A DNA stretch of 64,000 nucleotides from an uncultured Candidatus Saccharibacteria bacterium (GTDB taxonomy: Bacteria; Patescibacteriota; Minisyncoccia; Phycocordibacterales; JAKFXT01): positions 98,876-162,875 of the forward strand of contig CAYLPX010000002.1 of NCBI GenBank assembly GCA_964385825.1. Direction: 5' to 3'. Below the pieces are notes generated by a model that ran no database searches, was not told the origin of the DNA, and worked only from the letters and a program-made list of their open reading frames with translations. Made by a program: the position numbers and the translations under genes. Below, in pieces: positions 20,373 to 30,542 of the stretch. Numbering within the stretch: the stretch's first letter is position 1; every line of letters starts with the position of its first letter.

Positions 20373-20400
20373 TGACTTTTAGCTATTTTTGGTATATAAT
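20373..20400 (+). promoter_or_regulatory. near-consensus sigma70-like promoter
   Basis: TTGACT at 20373-20378 and TATAAT at 20395-20400 with a 16-17 nt spacer. A strong RBS AAGGAG lies 7 nt before the ATG at 20456. Confidence 0.5.
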
Positions 20401-20455
20401 ATACGTTATCAGGTTTGGGAAGGGTCTCAAGCTAGCACATTTCAAGGAGATTATC

Positions 20456-20944
20456 ATGTACGCTCGCAACTTTGCAGTTCTGTTGGTTCTTGCTATCACC
20501 ACTCTCTTCGGGGGGTGCGGCGGACTCAACACCTTGGACCCGCAAGTCTACCGCTATGGCGGGGGTACGCAGTCAGATTTCATCGTGACGGCCCCGCCGT
20601 GCAAGCAGTTGCAGTTGGAGGGCAAGCCTTGGCAGGCTATCCAATGTCAGGGAGGGGTGAACTCGCAGGTGCGCGACAATGCGACGGCGGTCTTCTACGA
20701 AGAACGCCGTCAGGCCGACCAGATATACTGGGAAGCCTTCAACTCTGTCGCCATCGGCGAGAAGGGGTTCGGCGTTTCGCAGTATGACTGCCGGCAGTTC
20801 CGTAGCTCTCTCGTGAAGTACACCCGTTGCAATGACGGGCTTCGCGAGGGGGGGCAACAGGCGGTCCGCAATGCCTACTGGCAGAGTGAGCAGCAAATGC
20901 GAGCCGCGCGCGACGTAGGGAGGGCGTACACCAACAGTCGATAG
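20456..20944 (+). CDS. foreign high-GC lipoprotein (no family recognised)
   Basis: The signal peptide ends in the lipobox LFGGC. The mature part has 6 Cys, and the ORF is about 60% GC with GC3-rich codons, unlike its neighbours. The listed ORF 20372-20944 probably starts at the internal ATG at 20456. Confidence 0.55.
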   Translation: MYARNFAVLLVLAITTLFGGCGGLNTLDPQVYRYGGGTQSDFIVTAPPCKQLQLEGKPWQAIQCQGGVNSQVRDNATAVFYEERRQADQIYWEAFNSVAIGEKGFGVSQYDCRQFRSSLVKYTRCNDGLREGGQQAVRNAYWQSEQQMRAARDVGRAYTNSR

Positions 20945-20976
20945 GGGGGGGGCTGAACGGCACTCTCCTTAAGTTT

Positions 20977-21008
20977 TCAAGGCACCTTTCGGGGTGCCTT
21001 TTTTATTT
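20977..21008 (+). terminator. GC-rich rho-independent terminator
   Basis: AAGGCACC-TTTCGG-GGTGCCTT hairpin followed by TTTTATTTT. Confidence 0.6.
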
Positions 21009-21052
21009 TAGACCCCAATTTTTCATACTGCCTTGCGTGGTAGAATGGGAGA

Positions 21053-21481
21053 ATGAAACGACTTATTAAGAGCTTGGAGGAAATGGACCTGTTTGCAGAA
21101 GAGGTTTTGGCTGGACTCCCGCTAGAGAGGGGGGCTATGCTCATAACTCTAAAAGGGGATCTTGGGGCTGGAAAAACAGCTTTTACTAAAAGTGTTGCAA
21201 AGCATCTTGGGGTGACTGAAACAGTTACTAGCCCAACTTTCGTTATTATGAAATCGTACCTGCTCACGGGGAGGGCATATCGAAAACTTATTCATATAGA
21301 TGCATATCGTGTTGATGACCCTTCAGAGTTTAGACCGCTTCAGTTCACTGAGCTCATGAAAGATCCAAACAACCTCATTTTGCTTGAGTGGCCAGAGCGA
21401 GTTCCTAGTTTGATTCCTGAGAACACGAGGAAAATAAAATTTACATTTGTTGATGAAACAACTCGCGAAGTTGAATATTAG
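21053..21481 (+). CDS. tsaE: tRNA t6A37 biosynthesis ATPase TsaE
   Basis: P-loop GDLGAGKTAFTK and a 142 aa YjeE-like length. Confidence 0.75.
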   Translation: MKRLIKSLEEMDLFAEEVLAGLPLERGAMLITLKGDLGAGKTAFTKSVAKHLGVTETVTSPTFVIMKSYLLTGRAYRKLIHIDAYRVDDPSEFRPLQFTELMKDPNNLILLEWPERVPSLIPENTRKIKFTFVDETTREVEY

Positions 21482-21483
21482 GT

Positions 21484-23880
21484 ATGGCTACACGCACAAC
21501 AAAAAAAGGAAAAGTAAAACCAGTGCGTCTCGTGCTCCTTGATGCGCACGCGATTCTTCATCGCGCGTATCACGCACTTCCTGATTTTGCGACGACAAGT
21601 GGCGAGCCAACAGGGGCACTCTACGGACTCTCAACTATGTTGCTTAAAATTGTGAATGATCTTAAGCCAGACTATATTGTTGCATGCTATGACTTACCAG
21701 GACCAACCTTTCGTCATGAGGCATATGAAGCGTATAAGGGGACACGGAGTAAGACTGATGATGCGCTGGTTTCTCAACTTGAGAAGAGTCGCGACGTTTT
21801 CAAGGCTTTTAATATTCCGATGTATGAAGCTCCGGGGTTTGAGGCAGATGACATGCTGGGGACTATTGTGGAGCAGTTAAAGAAAACGTCCCTTCAGATA
21901 ATCATAGCTTCCGGGGATATGGATACGATGCAGCTCATTAATGATGATAAGGTTGTAGTATATACACTCAAAAAAGGAATCAACGATACTATTCTCTACG
22001 ATGAAAAGGCAGTGATAGAACGTTTTATGTTTCCTCCGAAATTGCTGCCTGACTATAAAGGATTGCGCGGCGACCCATCGGACAATATTGTTGGTATAAA
22101 AGGTATCGGCGAGAAAACAGCCACTGACTTAATAGTACAGTTCGGCAGTATAGAAAAAATGTATAAGCAGCTAAAGAAAGACCGTGGGGCCTTTCTTAAG
22201 GCTGGGATTAAAGAGCGTATGATAACCCTCCTTGAAGAAGGGGAGGATGAGGCGCTATTTTCTAAAACACTCGCAACCATTCGTCGCGATGCTCCTATTA
22301 CTTTTGTTCTGCCCGAGAAAAAGTGGCGTGAGGGCTTAGAGGTATCAAAAGTTATAGCTCTTTTCACAGAACTACAGTTCCGCGCACTTTCAGTGCGTAT
22401 TCGTGATCTTTTTGGTCAACCAACACTTTTGCCAGCTGAGGATGGGGAGCCCGCAGAGCAGTTTGAGGAAAGAGAATCAGTAGACCCTAAGGAGTTAGAA
22501 GAAACAGCTCTAGCGCTCTATGTGCTCGATTCTAATTATTTAGATCCAGGACTTGAAGATATATTGAACTTTGCAAAAACAGAAAGTTTCAGTGAAGCGA
22601 GAAATATCATTTTTGCTGGACTTAAGCAAAAAGGAGTTGAGAAGGTCTACGAAGAGATTGAGAAGCCACTTATTCCTGTGGTAAAGAAGATGGAAGCATG
22701 GGGGATTGGAGTTGATAAACCCTATTTCAAAAAATTGGGTACGGAGTATCACAAAGAACTCGCAAAACTAGAGAAGAAAATTTTTGAATTAGCAGGTATG
22801 GAGTTCAATGTGAACTCTCCAAAACAGTTAAGTGAAGTCCTTTTTGAAAAGTTACAGCTGTCGCTTAAGAATCATAAGAAAACAGCTGGGGGAGTGAAGT
22901 CTACAAGAGAATCAGAGCTTGAGAAAATGAAAGATCTTCACCCTATTATTGCTTTCATACTTTCCTATAGAGAACTTCAGAAACTACTCTCTACCTATAT
23001 AGATACTATTCCACACATGGTAGGAGAGGACGGGAGGCTTCATGCACGGTTTGTATTGGCCGGTGCTGCTACGGGGCGCATGTCTTCTCAAAACCCGAAC
23101 CTACAAAATATTCCCGTGAAGACAGAGCTTGGGCGGAATATTCGTCCAGGGTTTGTGGCAGAGAAGGGCTATAGTTTGGTGGCGTTTGATTATGCACAGA
23201 TTGAACTTAAAATTGCGGCCTTTTTGTCTCACGATAAGAAGCTGATTGAGATATTCAAAAGCGGGGAGGATATTCATACAGAAGTAGCTGCAGAAGTGTT
23301 CGGGGTCCCACAAGAGAAGGTGGATAAGGAAATGCGTCGCAAGGCTAAGGTGATTAACTTCGGCATACTCTATGGGATGGGGGTGAATGCGCTGCGGGAA
23401 AACTTAGGAACCGATAGGGCTGAAGCGCAGGAATTTTATAACAGATATTTTGAGAGCTTTAAGGGGTTGGCCGATTATCTCAACAAGGTGAAAGAAGATA
23501 CACACAAACTTGGGTATACCGAAACCTATTTTGGGCGAAGGCGCTATTTTGAAGGCATTCGCTCCTCACTTCCCTTTATCCGCGCTTCAGCGGAGCGTAT
23601 GGCGATTAATGCGCCTATCCAAGGGACAAGTGCTGATATAGTAAAGATAGCTATGGCACGGATAGACGCCTATGTGCGAGAAGAGGGGCTGGAAAAAGAA
23701 ATTCGCCCCCTTCTTCAGATCCACGATGAGCTTATGTACGAAATTAAAGACTCGCTTATTAAAACGGCTGCTTCCAAAATACAAGCGATTATGGAAAACA
23801 TTATTCCTCCCAAAGATATTTTCGGTATTACATTAACGACTAGTTTTGCGGAGGGAAAAGATTGGGGAGAGCTTTATTAG
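21484..23880 (+). CDS. polA: DNA polymerase I
   Basis: An N-terminal 5'-3' exonuclease domain is followed by polymerase motif A DYAQIELKIAAFLS, RMSSQNPNLQNIP, and motif C QIHDELMYE. Confidence 0.9.
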   Translation: MATRTTKKGKVKPVRLVLLDAHAILHRAYHALPDFATTSGEPTGALYGLSTMLLKIVNDLKPDYIVACYDLPGPTFRHEAYEAYKGTRSKTDDALVSQLEKSRDVFKAFNIPMYEAPGFEADDMLGTIVEQLKKTSLQIIIASGDMDTMQLINDDKVVVYTLKKGINDTILYDEKAVIERFMFPPKLLPDYKGLRGDPSDNIVGIKGIGEKTATDLIVQFGSIEKMYKQLKKDRGAFLKAGIKERMITLLEEGEDEALFSKTLATIRRDAPITFVLPEKKWREGLEVSKVIALFTELQFRALSVRIRDLFGQPTLLPAEDGEPAEQFEERESVDPKELEETALALYVLDSNYLDPGLEDILNFAKTESFSEARNIIFAGLKQKGVEKVYEEIEKPLIPVVKKMEAWGIGVDKPYFKKLGTEYHKELAKLEKKIFELAGMEFNVNSPKQLSEVLFEKLQLSLKNHKKTAGGVKSTRESELEKMKDLHPIIAFILSYRELQKLLSTYIDTIPHMVGEDGRLHARFVLAGAATGRMSSQNPNLQNIPVKTELGRNIRPGFVAEKGYSLVAFDYAQIELKIAAFLSHDKKLIEIFKSGEDIHTEVAAEVFGVPQEKVDKEMRRKAKVINFGILYGMGVNALRENLGTDRAEAQEFYNRYFESFKGLADYLNKVKEDTHKLGYTETYFGRRRYFEGIRSSLPFIRASAERMAINAPIQGTSADIVKIAMARIDAYVREEGLEKEIRPLLQIHDELMYEIKDSLIKTAASKIQAIMENIIPPKDIFGITLTTSFAEGKDWGELY

Positions 23881-23906
23881 TTTTAGGGAGTGATAAGATA
23901 AAGACC

Positions 23907-24596
23907 ATGCTATACGTTTATTACGGCAATAACAGAGTAAGGGCACTATTGCAGGCCGAGAAAGTGCTCGAGAAGTGTGGGGCAGAGGAGGTGGTACATT
24001 TAGATGATACAACAGCCACGCTTTCAGAAATCTTTGGACTTGCCGAGCAAGAGGGACTTTTTGGTGGGACCAAGGCTGTGCGCGGAGATCAACTTTTAGG
24101 GAGTGATGAGCTCGGAAAAGACCTGCTCAAACAATTAAACGTACTTTCAAGTTCAAAAACAGTTTTTGTTCTACTTGAAGATAAGATACTAGCTGAACCA
24201 CTCCGCGCTATCAAAAAAGTAACAACTGAAGTTGAGGAGTATAAGCTCGCTGAAACAAAAAGCGCCTTTAATACTTTTGCATTAGCTGATGCGCTACTCA
24301 TGCGCGATAAGAAGGCGCTTTGGGTACTCCTTATGCGGGCCTTTAAAGCAGAGAAAACGGCGGAAGAAATAATAGGGACGTTGTTCTGGCAAATGAAAAG
24401 TTTTCTTATTGTAGAGAATGGTGGTGGAACGTCACTCTCACCTTTTGTTGTAGGTAAGGTTAAGAGACAGTTAAAGAATTTTAAAACAGGAGAAATGAAG
24501 GAACTTACCAATAAACTACTCACTGCCTATCACGAAGCTCGGCGCGGAAGGGGAGACATGGAAACAGCACTTGAGCGGTTTGTACTCGGGGTGTAA
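23907..24596 (+). CDS. holA: probable DNA polymerase III delta subunit
   Basis: The start MLYVYYGNN, then LSEIFGLAEQEGLFGG, and a helical C-terminus fit the delta-subunit pattern. The listed ORF 23862 overlaps the polA stop, so the start was chosen at the internal Met. Confidence 0.4.
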   Translation: MLYVYYGNNRVRALLQAEKVLEKCGAEEVVHLDDTTATLSEIFGLAEQEGLFGGTKAVRGDQLLGSDELGKDLLKQLNVLSSSKTVFVLLEDKILAEPLRAIKKVTTEVEEYKLAETKSAFNTFALADALLMRDKKALWVLLMRAFKAEKTAEEIIGTLFWQMKSFLIVENGGGTSLSPFVVGKVKRQLKNFKTGEMKELTNKLLTAYHEARRGRGDMETALERFVLGV

Positions 24597-24621
24597 AAAG
24601 CCCCGCCGAAGCGGGGGGTGA
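24597..24621 (-). terminator. GC-rich terminator hairpin (T-run on the minus strand)
   Basis: AAAA, then GCCCCGC-CGAA-GCGGGGG. Confidence 0.45.
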
Positions 24622-24933
24622 CTAAGCACGAATGCCCAAAAGTGGACACAGCAGCTCACGCCACTGAGCAATTGATGCGTACACCCCATGTATTTCGAGG
24701 GCGTCTTGCGGATCAGGGGTTTCCCCGGCTGTGGGAAAGACACCGATCACAAACGCCTCGTCGCAGCACCCGCATTTGACTCGTATGCTGGGGGCCTTCT
24801 TACCTTGGCCTGTTCGGTGGGTGATACGCAGCGGGGTGGTGTTCGGCACACCCCCGTAAAGTTTGGTAACTTTTGGCACGGCAATCTCCTTCTGTTCATT
24901 AACGGATGATAAACGTGTTTCTGGGATGAACAT
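24622..24933 (-). CDS. foreign high-GC small Cys-rich protein
   Basis: The protein begins MFIPETR and contains KCGCCDEAF. The ORF is GC-rich with GC3-biased codons and has no clear SD. The listed ORF extends to a TTG at 24957. Confidence 0.3.
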   Translation of the reverse strand: MFIPETRLSSVNEQKEIAVPKVTKLYGGVPNTTPLRITHRTGQGKKAPSIRVKCGCCDEAFVIGVFPTAGETPDPQDALEIHGVYASIAQWRELLCPLLGIRA

Positions 24934-24995
24934 TACGCTCTGCAGCAAAGAAGTCAAATTAAAAACACGGCAAGATATGCTATTCTTGAGAAATA

Positions 24996-25472
24996 ATGGA
25001 TTTTAAGGGAAACAAAATCGTGGTGGGTATAAGTATAGGAATACTGGTATTCCTCGGGGTTTTGTATGGAGCGAGAGAGGGCGACATTATTACACGAGAC
25101 CATAAGACACAAACAAATACTATGAACAAAGAAAACTTGCAGTGGTTTACTCACAAAGGTTGTACTAGTCTTGAGATTGAAAAATATAAGTCTATCTCAG
25201 ACCCCCAAATAATAGCCTCTGCGACTATTACCGACATGGCCAAGATCAACAGTCTTATGGAACGAATCGAAAAGTTGCCTGTAGATGGGGATGTAATGAT
25301 TTCTTTCAGTGAGAATGCTGCGAACACAAATTTGATTTTCAAATGCGATAAGGGCGATCAAGTTATAGAGATATACGATGGAGGTTTTAAAACACCATCT
25401 ACCGGGTTCAATACTGATAGCGATGTTGAGGAAAAGGAATTAATCAATGAAATAGAGGGGTATTTGAAGTAG
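24996..25472 (+). CDS. hypothetical membrane-anchored protein
   Basis: One N-terminal TM helix and no recognisable motifs. Confidence 0.4.
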   Translation: MDFKGNKIVVGISIGILVFLGVLYGAREGDIITRDHKTQTNTMNKENLQWFTHKGCTSLEIEKYKSISDPQIIASATITDMAKINSLMERIEKLPVDGDVMISFSENAANTNLIFKCDKGDQVIEIYDGGFKTPSTGFNTDSDVEEKELINEIEGYLK

Positions 25473-25531
25473 AAAGGGAAAGTATAGCTTCTTTTCAGAA
25501 AGCACTTTATAGTGTAAGTTGTATTACATTT

Positions 25532-25603
25532 CCGCCCATAGCTCAGTGGTAGAGCAGTTGCCTTTTAAGCAATTGGTCGCAGGTTCGATCCCTGCTGGGC
25601 GGA
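25532..25603 (+). tRNA. tRNA-Lys (anticodon UUU)
   Basis: Manual fold: acceptor CCGCCCA/TGGGCGG, D-arm AGCTCAGTGGTAGAGC, anticodon loop CTTTTAA, T-arm GCAGGTTCGATCCCTGC. Confidence 0.85.
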
Positions 25604-25880
25604 CTTGAGAAAAAACAGTGCCTGCGCACTGTTTTTTGCTACAAGTCCGAGGCGGAGCGATGTTTTTACAGTAGTAAAAACCGCGAGTCGTGGTCAAGGG
25701 ATTTTACGAGCGACGGCGAGTAAAATATTCGTGACGACGTAGCCTGACTATCAGAAAAGTACCCGCGACGGTAGTCGAGATCCCTGCTGTAAAATTGTGA
25801 GCCGGGGTCGCGAGATTTTTCTGTCAGGAAAAATACTTGTGACGACAAAAAACAGTGCCTGCGCACTGTTTTTTAATGAC
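25604..25880 (+). repeat. tRNA-flanking structured repeat, copy A
   Basis: It is bounded by two identical A6-CAGTGCCTGCGCACTG-T6 hairpins (25610-25637 and 25847-25874). It contains GAGCGACGGCGAGTAAAATATTCGTGAC, AAAAGTACCCGCGACGGTAGTCGAGAT and ATTGTGAGCCGGGGTCGCGAG, all shared with copies B-D. Confidence 0.6.
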
Positions 25881-25897
25881 TGCTTAATACTTTTTAA

Positions 25898-26303
25898 CTA
25901 AAGTGGCAAATCAAAGGCGTAGAGTCCTGGTCCAATGAAGAGGAAGGAGAGGGAAATAAAAAGGAGGAGGGTGTAGAAAGAGCGAGGGTGTGGAGACAGA
26001 GGTTTCTTAAGGCAGGAAAGGCAAATCATAAGGAACGAAAGCCCGGCACCAAGAATGGCCCCGATTTGTGTATAAAGGCCGACTAGAAAAGAAAGGCCAA
26101 TAATAAATTGGAGAGTGGCAAGAAGAATGAGGGTAAAGAGTGGGTGAAGGAAAGAAAGGCTGCGGATGTTAGAGAGAACCTGGGTACGTTCCTTGGTAAG
26201 AGCTCGGTAGCCGAGAGCGAGAAAACTAACTCCAATAGTGACTCGTAAAACGCTAATACCAATAAGCCCGTAGGCAAGTAGAGTTGGGAAGACGCTTAAC
26301 ATA
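25898..26303 (-). CDS. DoxX-like small polytopic membrane protein
   Basis: Four hydrophobic helices. The start was chosen at MLSVFPT. Confidence 0.3.
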
Positions 26304-26338
26304 CGGCATATTCTAGCACAGAGTACTCCTGTGCTATA

Positions 26339-26827
26339 GTGCCGGCTATGAAAAGAGGGACACATACACAGTTAGCCTTGGTAGACATACGCAGTGCTGA
26401 GAATGTGGGAGCTATATTCCGCACGGCAGATGCGCTCGGAGTGTCACATATATATCTAGTGGGCTACACACCGGACCCTATAGACCGTTTTGGGCGCGCT
26501 CGTAGTGATATTGCAAAGGCGGCGCTTGGGGCAGAGAAGACTGTTTTGTGGGAACATGTGAAGGATACGACCATTCTTTTTAAGTTACTTAAAAAGAGTG
26601 GATTCACAAGCGTAGCTATCGAGCAGGACAAGAAGGCCGTGGATTACAAAAAAGTTAAACTTACTGGTCCTACCTGTTTTCTGGTGGGAAATGAAGTTAC
26701 CGGACTTCCTAAAACAATTTTAAAAAGAGTAGATGTGATAGCTGAAATCCCCATGAGAGGGGAGAAGGAGTCATTTAATGTTTCAGTGGCTACTGGAATT
26801 GCACTAGCGAGGATATTAAATCTTTAG
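26339..26827 (+). CDS. SpoU/TrmH-family RNA 2'-O-methyltransferase
   Basis: The motifs are ENVGAIFRTADALGV and the SPOUT knot region VGNEVTGLP...NVSVATGIAL. Confidence 0.7.
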   Translation: MPAMKRGTHTQLALVDIRSAENVGAIFRTADALGVSHIYLVGYTPDPIDRFGRARSDIAKAALGAEKTVLWEHVKDTTILFKLLKKSGFTSVAIEQDKKAVDYKKVKLTGPTCFLVGNEVTGLPKTILKRVDVIAEIPMRGEKESFNVSVATGIALARILNL

Positions 26828-27348
26828 TAATAGTTTCTAAAAGATTCATTTTCAGGGAGGGCCAGATCAATAAATCTAAATGTAACACCAAGCTTTTTCA
26901 TTTCAGCTACTGGATCGGAAATGTACTCAACTGTAATTGGTTTGGTGGGCTTCTGTATAATCATTTCAAGATCACCCAATCCTTCTTTGTATATAAACTT
27001 ATCTTTATCAAAGTGGTATAAGTAGCCACCATTTTCATAGAGCTTCTCCAAACTTTCTTCCAGGTTATTGAGTCCGTGGATATAAACTATACCGTTATGG
27101 TCGTATAAACTAACTCCCATATTATAGTGAGCAGTTTTCCCATTAATTTCATGTGGTACTGATTTGTAAGTATAAGCTAGTGCGATCCATTTGTAAGGTG
27201 TGGCATGAAAAGATTCCTCGTTAAAAATAGTTACTTGTTCTCCCCCAACCGTTTTAAATCTTTTATTTTGTTTTGGTACTGCATGGTCCGAGTCAAATTT
27301 TGTGGGAGAGCCATGAAAAACCAGTTTTTCATGAGGTATTTTTTCCAT
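26824..27348 (-). CDS. hypothetical protein
   Basis: A 174 aa ORF with uniform composition and no motif recognised. Confidence 0.4.
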   Translation of the reverse strand: MEKIPHEKLVFHGSPTKFDSDHAVPKQNKRFKTVGGEQVTIFNEESFHATPYKWIALAYTYKSVPHEINGKTAHYNMGVSLYDHNGIVYIHGLNNLEESLEKLYENGGYLYHFDKDKFIYKEGLGDLEMIIQKPTKPITVEYISDPVAEMKKLGVTFRFIDLALPENESFRNYY

Positions 27349-27363
27349 AAAAGCTTTGGCGAG

Positions 27364-28269
27364 TTAATACGTTTTAAAATAAGCGGCGGTGTTGCCACTA
27401 AGGTCTAGGATTTTTACGAGCTCACGTTGGTACTGCCAGAGGCTTTCGGGTTGCTTGAGGTATATGCGCCATTCTGGCTTATAAAAGTCGGGATCAAGTT
27501 TGTGATTCTCGACGCAAGTATTGTAGTTAATTTTGCTGGTAACGTAAGCCGTACATTCTTGGCCCAAATCGTCCGGTATGTCATTAAGTGGCATGGTGCA
27601 TGAAGAAATTCCTTCTATGTAGTTGAGACATTGGTTGCGGCGGTTGGCAGGAAAGTTTGGAAGATCCTCGTCCCCTGGTCTTGGGCACTCATAGGGGAGT
27701 GGTGGATTAAAGGTGGCACTTTGATTGAAGTAGCCGGTACATTTGTTTACGCGAAATGAATACCCAACTGGAGAAGTACCAGAAGTAATGTACACAGTAT
27801 CTCCCGGTGAGACGTATACCGGATCGTCATAATTGTTACGAGCAAAATCAGGGCGATAGACAGCTCGCGGAATAGTTGTGCCATGTCCTGTTGCAGCGCT
27901 TTGTATACGCATGCCGGATAGAAGAGTGCGGTTTGGGGCGTTTGACGCAAGGCGGAGAACAACATACTCATCGCGTGGATTGTCGGTCCCTAGGCTACCC
28001 TGGTCTAGAGTTAGGTAATTGCTGAGCGATGATAATGGGCCTATTGCCGTTGATTCAGCCGTACTCCTTTTTAACTCACTAGTCTCGTTACTGATGCGCT
28101 GTACTTCACTACTGATGCCTTCCACAGTAGTTGGAGCTTTGTAGGAACCATCGGCGTTGCGGTTAGCGCTATGAGCTCCACCGTTATAGAGCCACATAAA
28201 AATAAGGATGCCGAAAAAAGCAAATATGAAACCATACCCACCGCCACTACTTGGTTTAACTTCTGCCAT
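27364..28269 (-). CDS. hypothetical secreted Cys-rich protein
   Basis: An N-terminal TM/signal sequence is followed by about 10 Cys in the mature part. Confidence 0.4.
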   Translation of the reverse strand: MAEVKPSSGGGYGFIFAFFGILIFMWLYNGGAHSANRNADGSYKAPTTVEGISSEVQRISNETSELKRSTAESTAIGPLSSLSNYLTLDQGSLGTDNPRDEYVVLRLASNAPNRTLLSGMRIQSAATGHGTTIPRAVYRPDFARNNYDDPVYVSPGDTVYITSGTSPVGYSFRVNKCTGYFNQSATFNPPLPYECPRPGDEDLPNFPANRRNQCLNYIEGISSCTMPLNDIPDDLGQECTAYVTSKINYNTCVENHKLDPDFYKPEWRIYLKQPESLWQYQRELVKILDLSGNTAAYFKTY

Positions 28270-28322
28270 GACACCATGATAGCAGAAATTACAAAATTAG
28301 ATTATTAGTAATTTAGGAAAGC

Positions 28323-29219
28323 TTACTTACGAAGGGGTTGGTGTAGTGAACAAAAATGCGCACTACGACCGCCAACAACTTTTCGTAAAATGATGCCTTT
28401 ACAACCACGACGCTCACAGGGTTTCCCAGTTTTACGGTAGGCATGGTGTTTGTTTTGGAACTTGCCTGGTTCGCCATAAATATTCCGATAGTCAGAAGTA
28501 GAGTCGCCACCAAAAGCTATGCCGCCGCGCAAAGTGGGCTTAATTGATTGAAAAAGTGCCTTGAGGTGAAGGGGGGAAATTTCAGAAACTCTCTGTTCGG
28601 GGTGAATGCCGGAGAGCCATAACACTTCATCTGAATAAATGTTACCAATGCCGGCAAGAATGGTTTGGTCCATGAGCACAGTTTTGATTTTACTTTTTGC
28701 CTTTTTAGCTAAACACTCATTGAAAACTTTGAATGTGAAAGTGGGGGAGAGTGGCTCGGGGCCTAGATGAGAGAGGTGGGGCGAGGTGGCGAGTTTTGAA
28801 GTTTCAATGAGCGCGAGCTTACCGAATTTGCGAGTATCACAGAATGCTAAATGCTTGCCATTTGAAAGTGAGAAGAGCACGTGAATGAAACGATTGTATG
28901 GGTCACGAAGTGCCTCATTCTTTTCGTGTTCATGGGGGACCCAGGTTTTGAGATGTTCCTTGTAGTAGCCGTAAAGTAAGTGACCTGTCATTTTCATATG
29001 TATAAGGAGGGTATGGTCACCTTCAAAGTGTATTAGTATGTTTTTTGCGCGACGTTCCACACGAATAATTTTTTTGTGAAGTATGGCTGCTTGAACAGCT
29101 TTGATACCAGTTCCACGAAACATTTTGGGCCAGTCGGTCCATAGCGAAATAAAAGAGAGTTTTGGCAGTACGCTCTGTAGCCCAGAGACGGTCGTCTGCA
29201 CTTCAGGGAGTTCAGGCAT
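28323..29219 (-). CDS. mutM: formamidopyrimidine-DNA glycosylase (Fpg/Nei family)
   Basis: The N-terminus is MPELPEV, with an H2TH region and a C-terminal zinc finger CERRGC...CSLHQ. Confidence 0.85.
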   Translation of the reverse strand: MPELPEVQTTVSGLQSVLPKLSFISLWTDWPKMFRGTGIKAVQAAILHKKIIRVERRAKNILIHFEGDHTLLIHMKMTGHLLYGYYKEHLKTWVPHEHEKNEALRDPYNRFIHVLFSLSNGKHLAFCDTRKFGKLALIETSKLATSPHLSHLGPEPLSPTFTFKVFNECLAKKAKSKIKTVLMDQTILAGIGNIYSDEVLWLSGIHPEQRVSEISPLHLKALFQSIKPTLRGGIAFGGDSTSDYRNIYGEPGKFQNKHHAYRKTGKPCERRGCKGIILRKVVGGRSAHFCSLHQPLRK

Positions 29220-29230
29220 AGTTGTAGGAG

Positions 29231-30499
29231 CTAGGGGGTAAGCAGCTTTTCCAGTTCTTCGCGTGCTATTTCAGCATCGCTCCAGGGGGTGCGCTTGTTG
29301 TTCGCTTCCATGATGTAAGGGTCGGTTCCCTTGCCGCTTATGAGTACGGTCGAACCAAGATTGGCGTGACGTAGGGCAGTGCGGATAGCTTCTCTTCTAT
29401 CCATGATGATTTCGGTTTTTTTATTGGTAATACCCGCTTTAATATCGGCAACAATTTTTTCTGGATTTTCATCATACGGATCTTCATTGGTGAGAATGAT
29501 CTCATCGCAGTATGAGCTGGCAATAGCACCCATGTCGTGGCGTTTACTTTTGTCGCGCCCGCCACCTGTGCCACCGAGCACACAGATACGACGCGTGCCG
29601 GCAAAGGCCTCATAGAGCTTTTTAAGCGAATCAGTAGTATGTGCATAGTCCACAACAACAGTAAAGTTTTGTCCCGCTTCTATTTTCTGTACACGACCGA
29701 GGGCACCTTTAAAGGATTCTATGGCGGCTACCGCAACTTCTTCTTTGATAGCAAGGGCGCTCGCTAGGGTTAAAGCAGAAAGTGCATTCATAACATTAAA
29801 CTCTCCGGGAAGGGTCGTATGCACAGGACGACCCCTCCATGAAAAGTATCCACCCGAATGCCCTAGTTCAAAAGGTTTAGCATCTTGAAGTTTGTATATA
29901 TGCTTTTCTGAGTATGGTAGGTTGGCAAAATATGAAAGCTCAGGGTCATCCCCGTTAAGTATGGCAATACTTTTCTGCTTTCTATTAAAAGCACATCGTT
30001 TAGCTATTTCTCTTTTGGCTGCACGATACTTTTCGTAGGAACCATGGCGTTCTATGTGCTCAGGAGAGAGGTTGGAAAGCACAAAGGCATCAAGGTAAAG
30101 GAAGCGATGGCGGTACTGCAGTACCGCTTCGCTACTTATTTCTATAACGGCATGCGTGCACCCTTTTTTAATCGCTTCACGCAAAAGGCGCTGCAAAAAG
30201 AAACGCCCAGGGGTCGTCATTTTGAATAAATTGCGTTCACTTTTCTCCCCAATTTTGAATTGAATAGTAGAAACCAGCGCGGCTTTGTGACCAGCGGCAC
30301 TTAGGAGGTGATGAATGTATTCACTAGTAGTAGTTTTACCTTTAGTTCCGGTTACTCCAATAACAATGAGTTCTTTGGAAGGGAAGCGGTAAAAAAAGGC
30401 TCCTAGTAAAGCGAGAAGGTAGTGATACGCAGGCTGGAAAAAGCGGAAAATAGGTTTCGGGATTATCTTTTCTAGAGTACGGAGTGTTGTTTCAAGCAT
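29231..30499 (-). CDS. murE: Mur ligase, probably MurE
   Basis: ATP-binding motif GVTGTKGKTTT and the Mur ligase middle and C-terminal domains are present. Confidence 0.6.
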   Translation of the reverse strand: MLETTLRTLEKIIPKPIFRFFQPAYHYLLALLGAFFYRFPSKELIVIGVTGTKGKTTTSEYIHHLLSAAGHKAALVSTIQFKIGEKSERNLFKMTTPGRFFLQRLLREAIKKGCTHAVIEISSEAVLQYRHRFLYLDAFVLSNLSPEHIERHGSYEKYRAAKREIAKRCAFNRKQKSIAILNGDDPELSYFANLPYSEKHIYKLQDAKPFELGHSGGYFSWRGRPVHTTLPGEFNVMNALSALTLASALAIKEEVAVAAIESFKGALGRVQKIEAGQNFTVVVDYAHTTDSLKKLYEAFAGTRRICVLGGTGGGRDKSKRHDMGAIASSYCDEIILTNEDPYDENPEKIVADIKAGITNKKTEIIMDRREAIRTALRHANLGSTVLISGKGTDPYIMEANNKRTPWSDAEIAREELEKLLTP

Positions 30500-30542
30500 A
30501 GGTTACATATTAGCTAAAGCGGAAGAAAAAGCTACGGAATCG

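Noticed and set aside
20389-20787. 132 aa Arg-rich ORF in an alternative frame of the lipoprotein cassette
   Set aside because: It is a typical spurious open frame generated by GC-rich DNA. It overlaps the better-supported lipoprotein frame, which has a signal peptide, a lipobox and an RBS.
24688-24909. 73 aa plus-strand ORF inside GC island 2
   Set aside because: It overlaps the minus-strand Cys-rich ORF, which has better GC3 periodicity. There is no RBS on either strand, so the coding strand remains uncertain, but the plus-strand ORF was not called.
25610-25874. Possible CRISPR array suggested by the repeated A6-CAGTGCCTGCGCACTG-T6 hairpin
   Set aside because: There are only two identical copies, 240 bp apart, and no regular spacer pattern. 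Related hairpins at other loci are single and tRNA-adjacent. They fit terminator-like repeat ends better.
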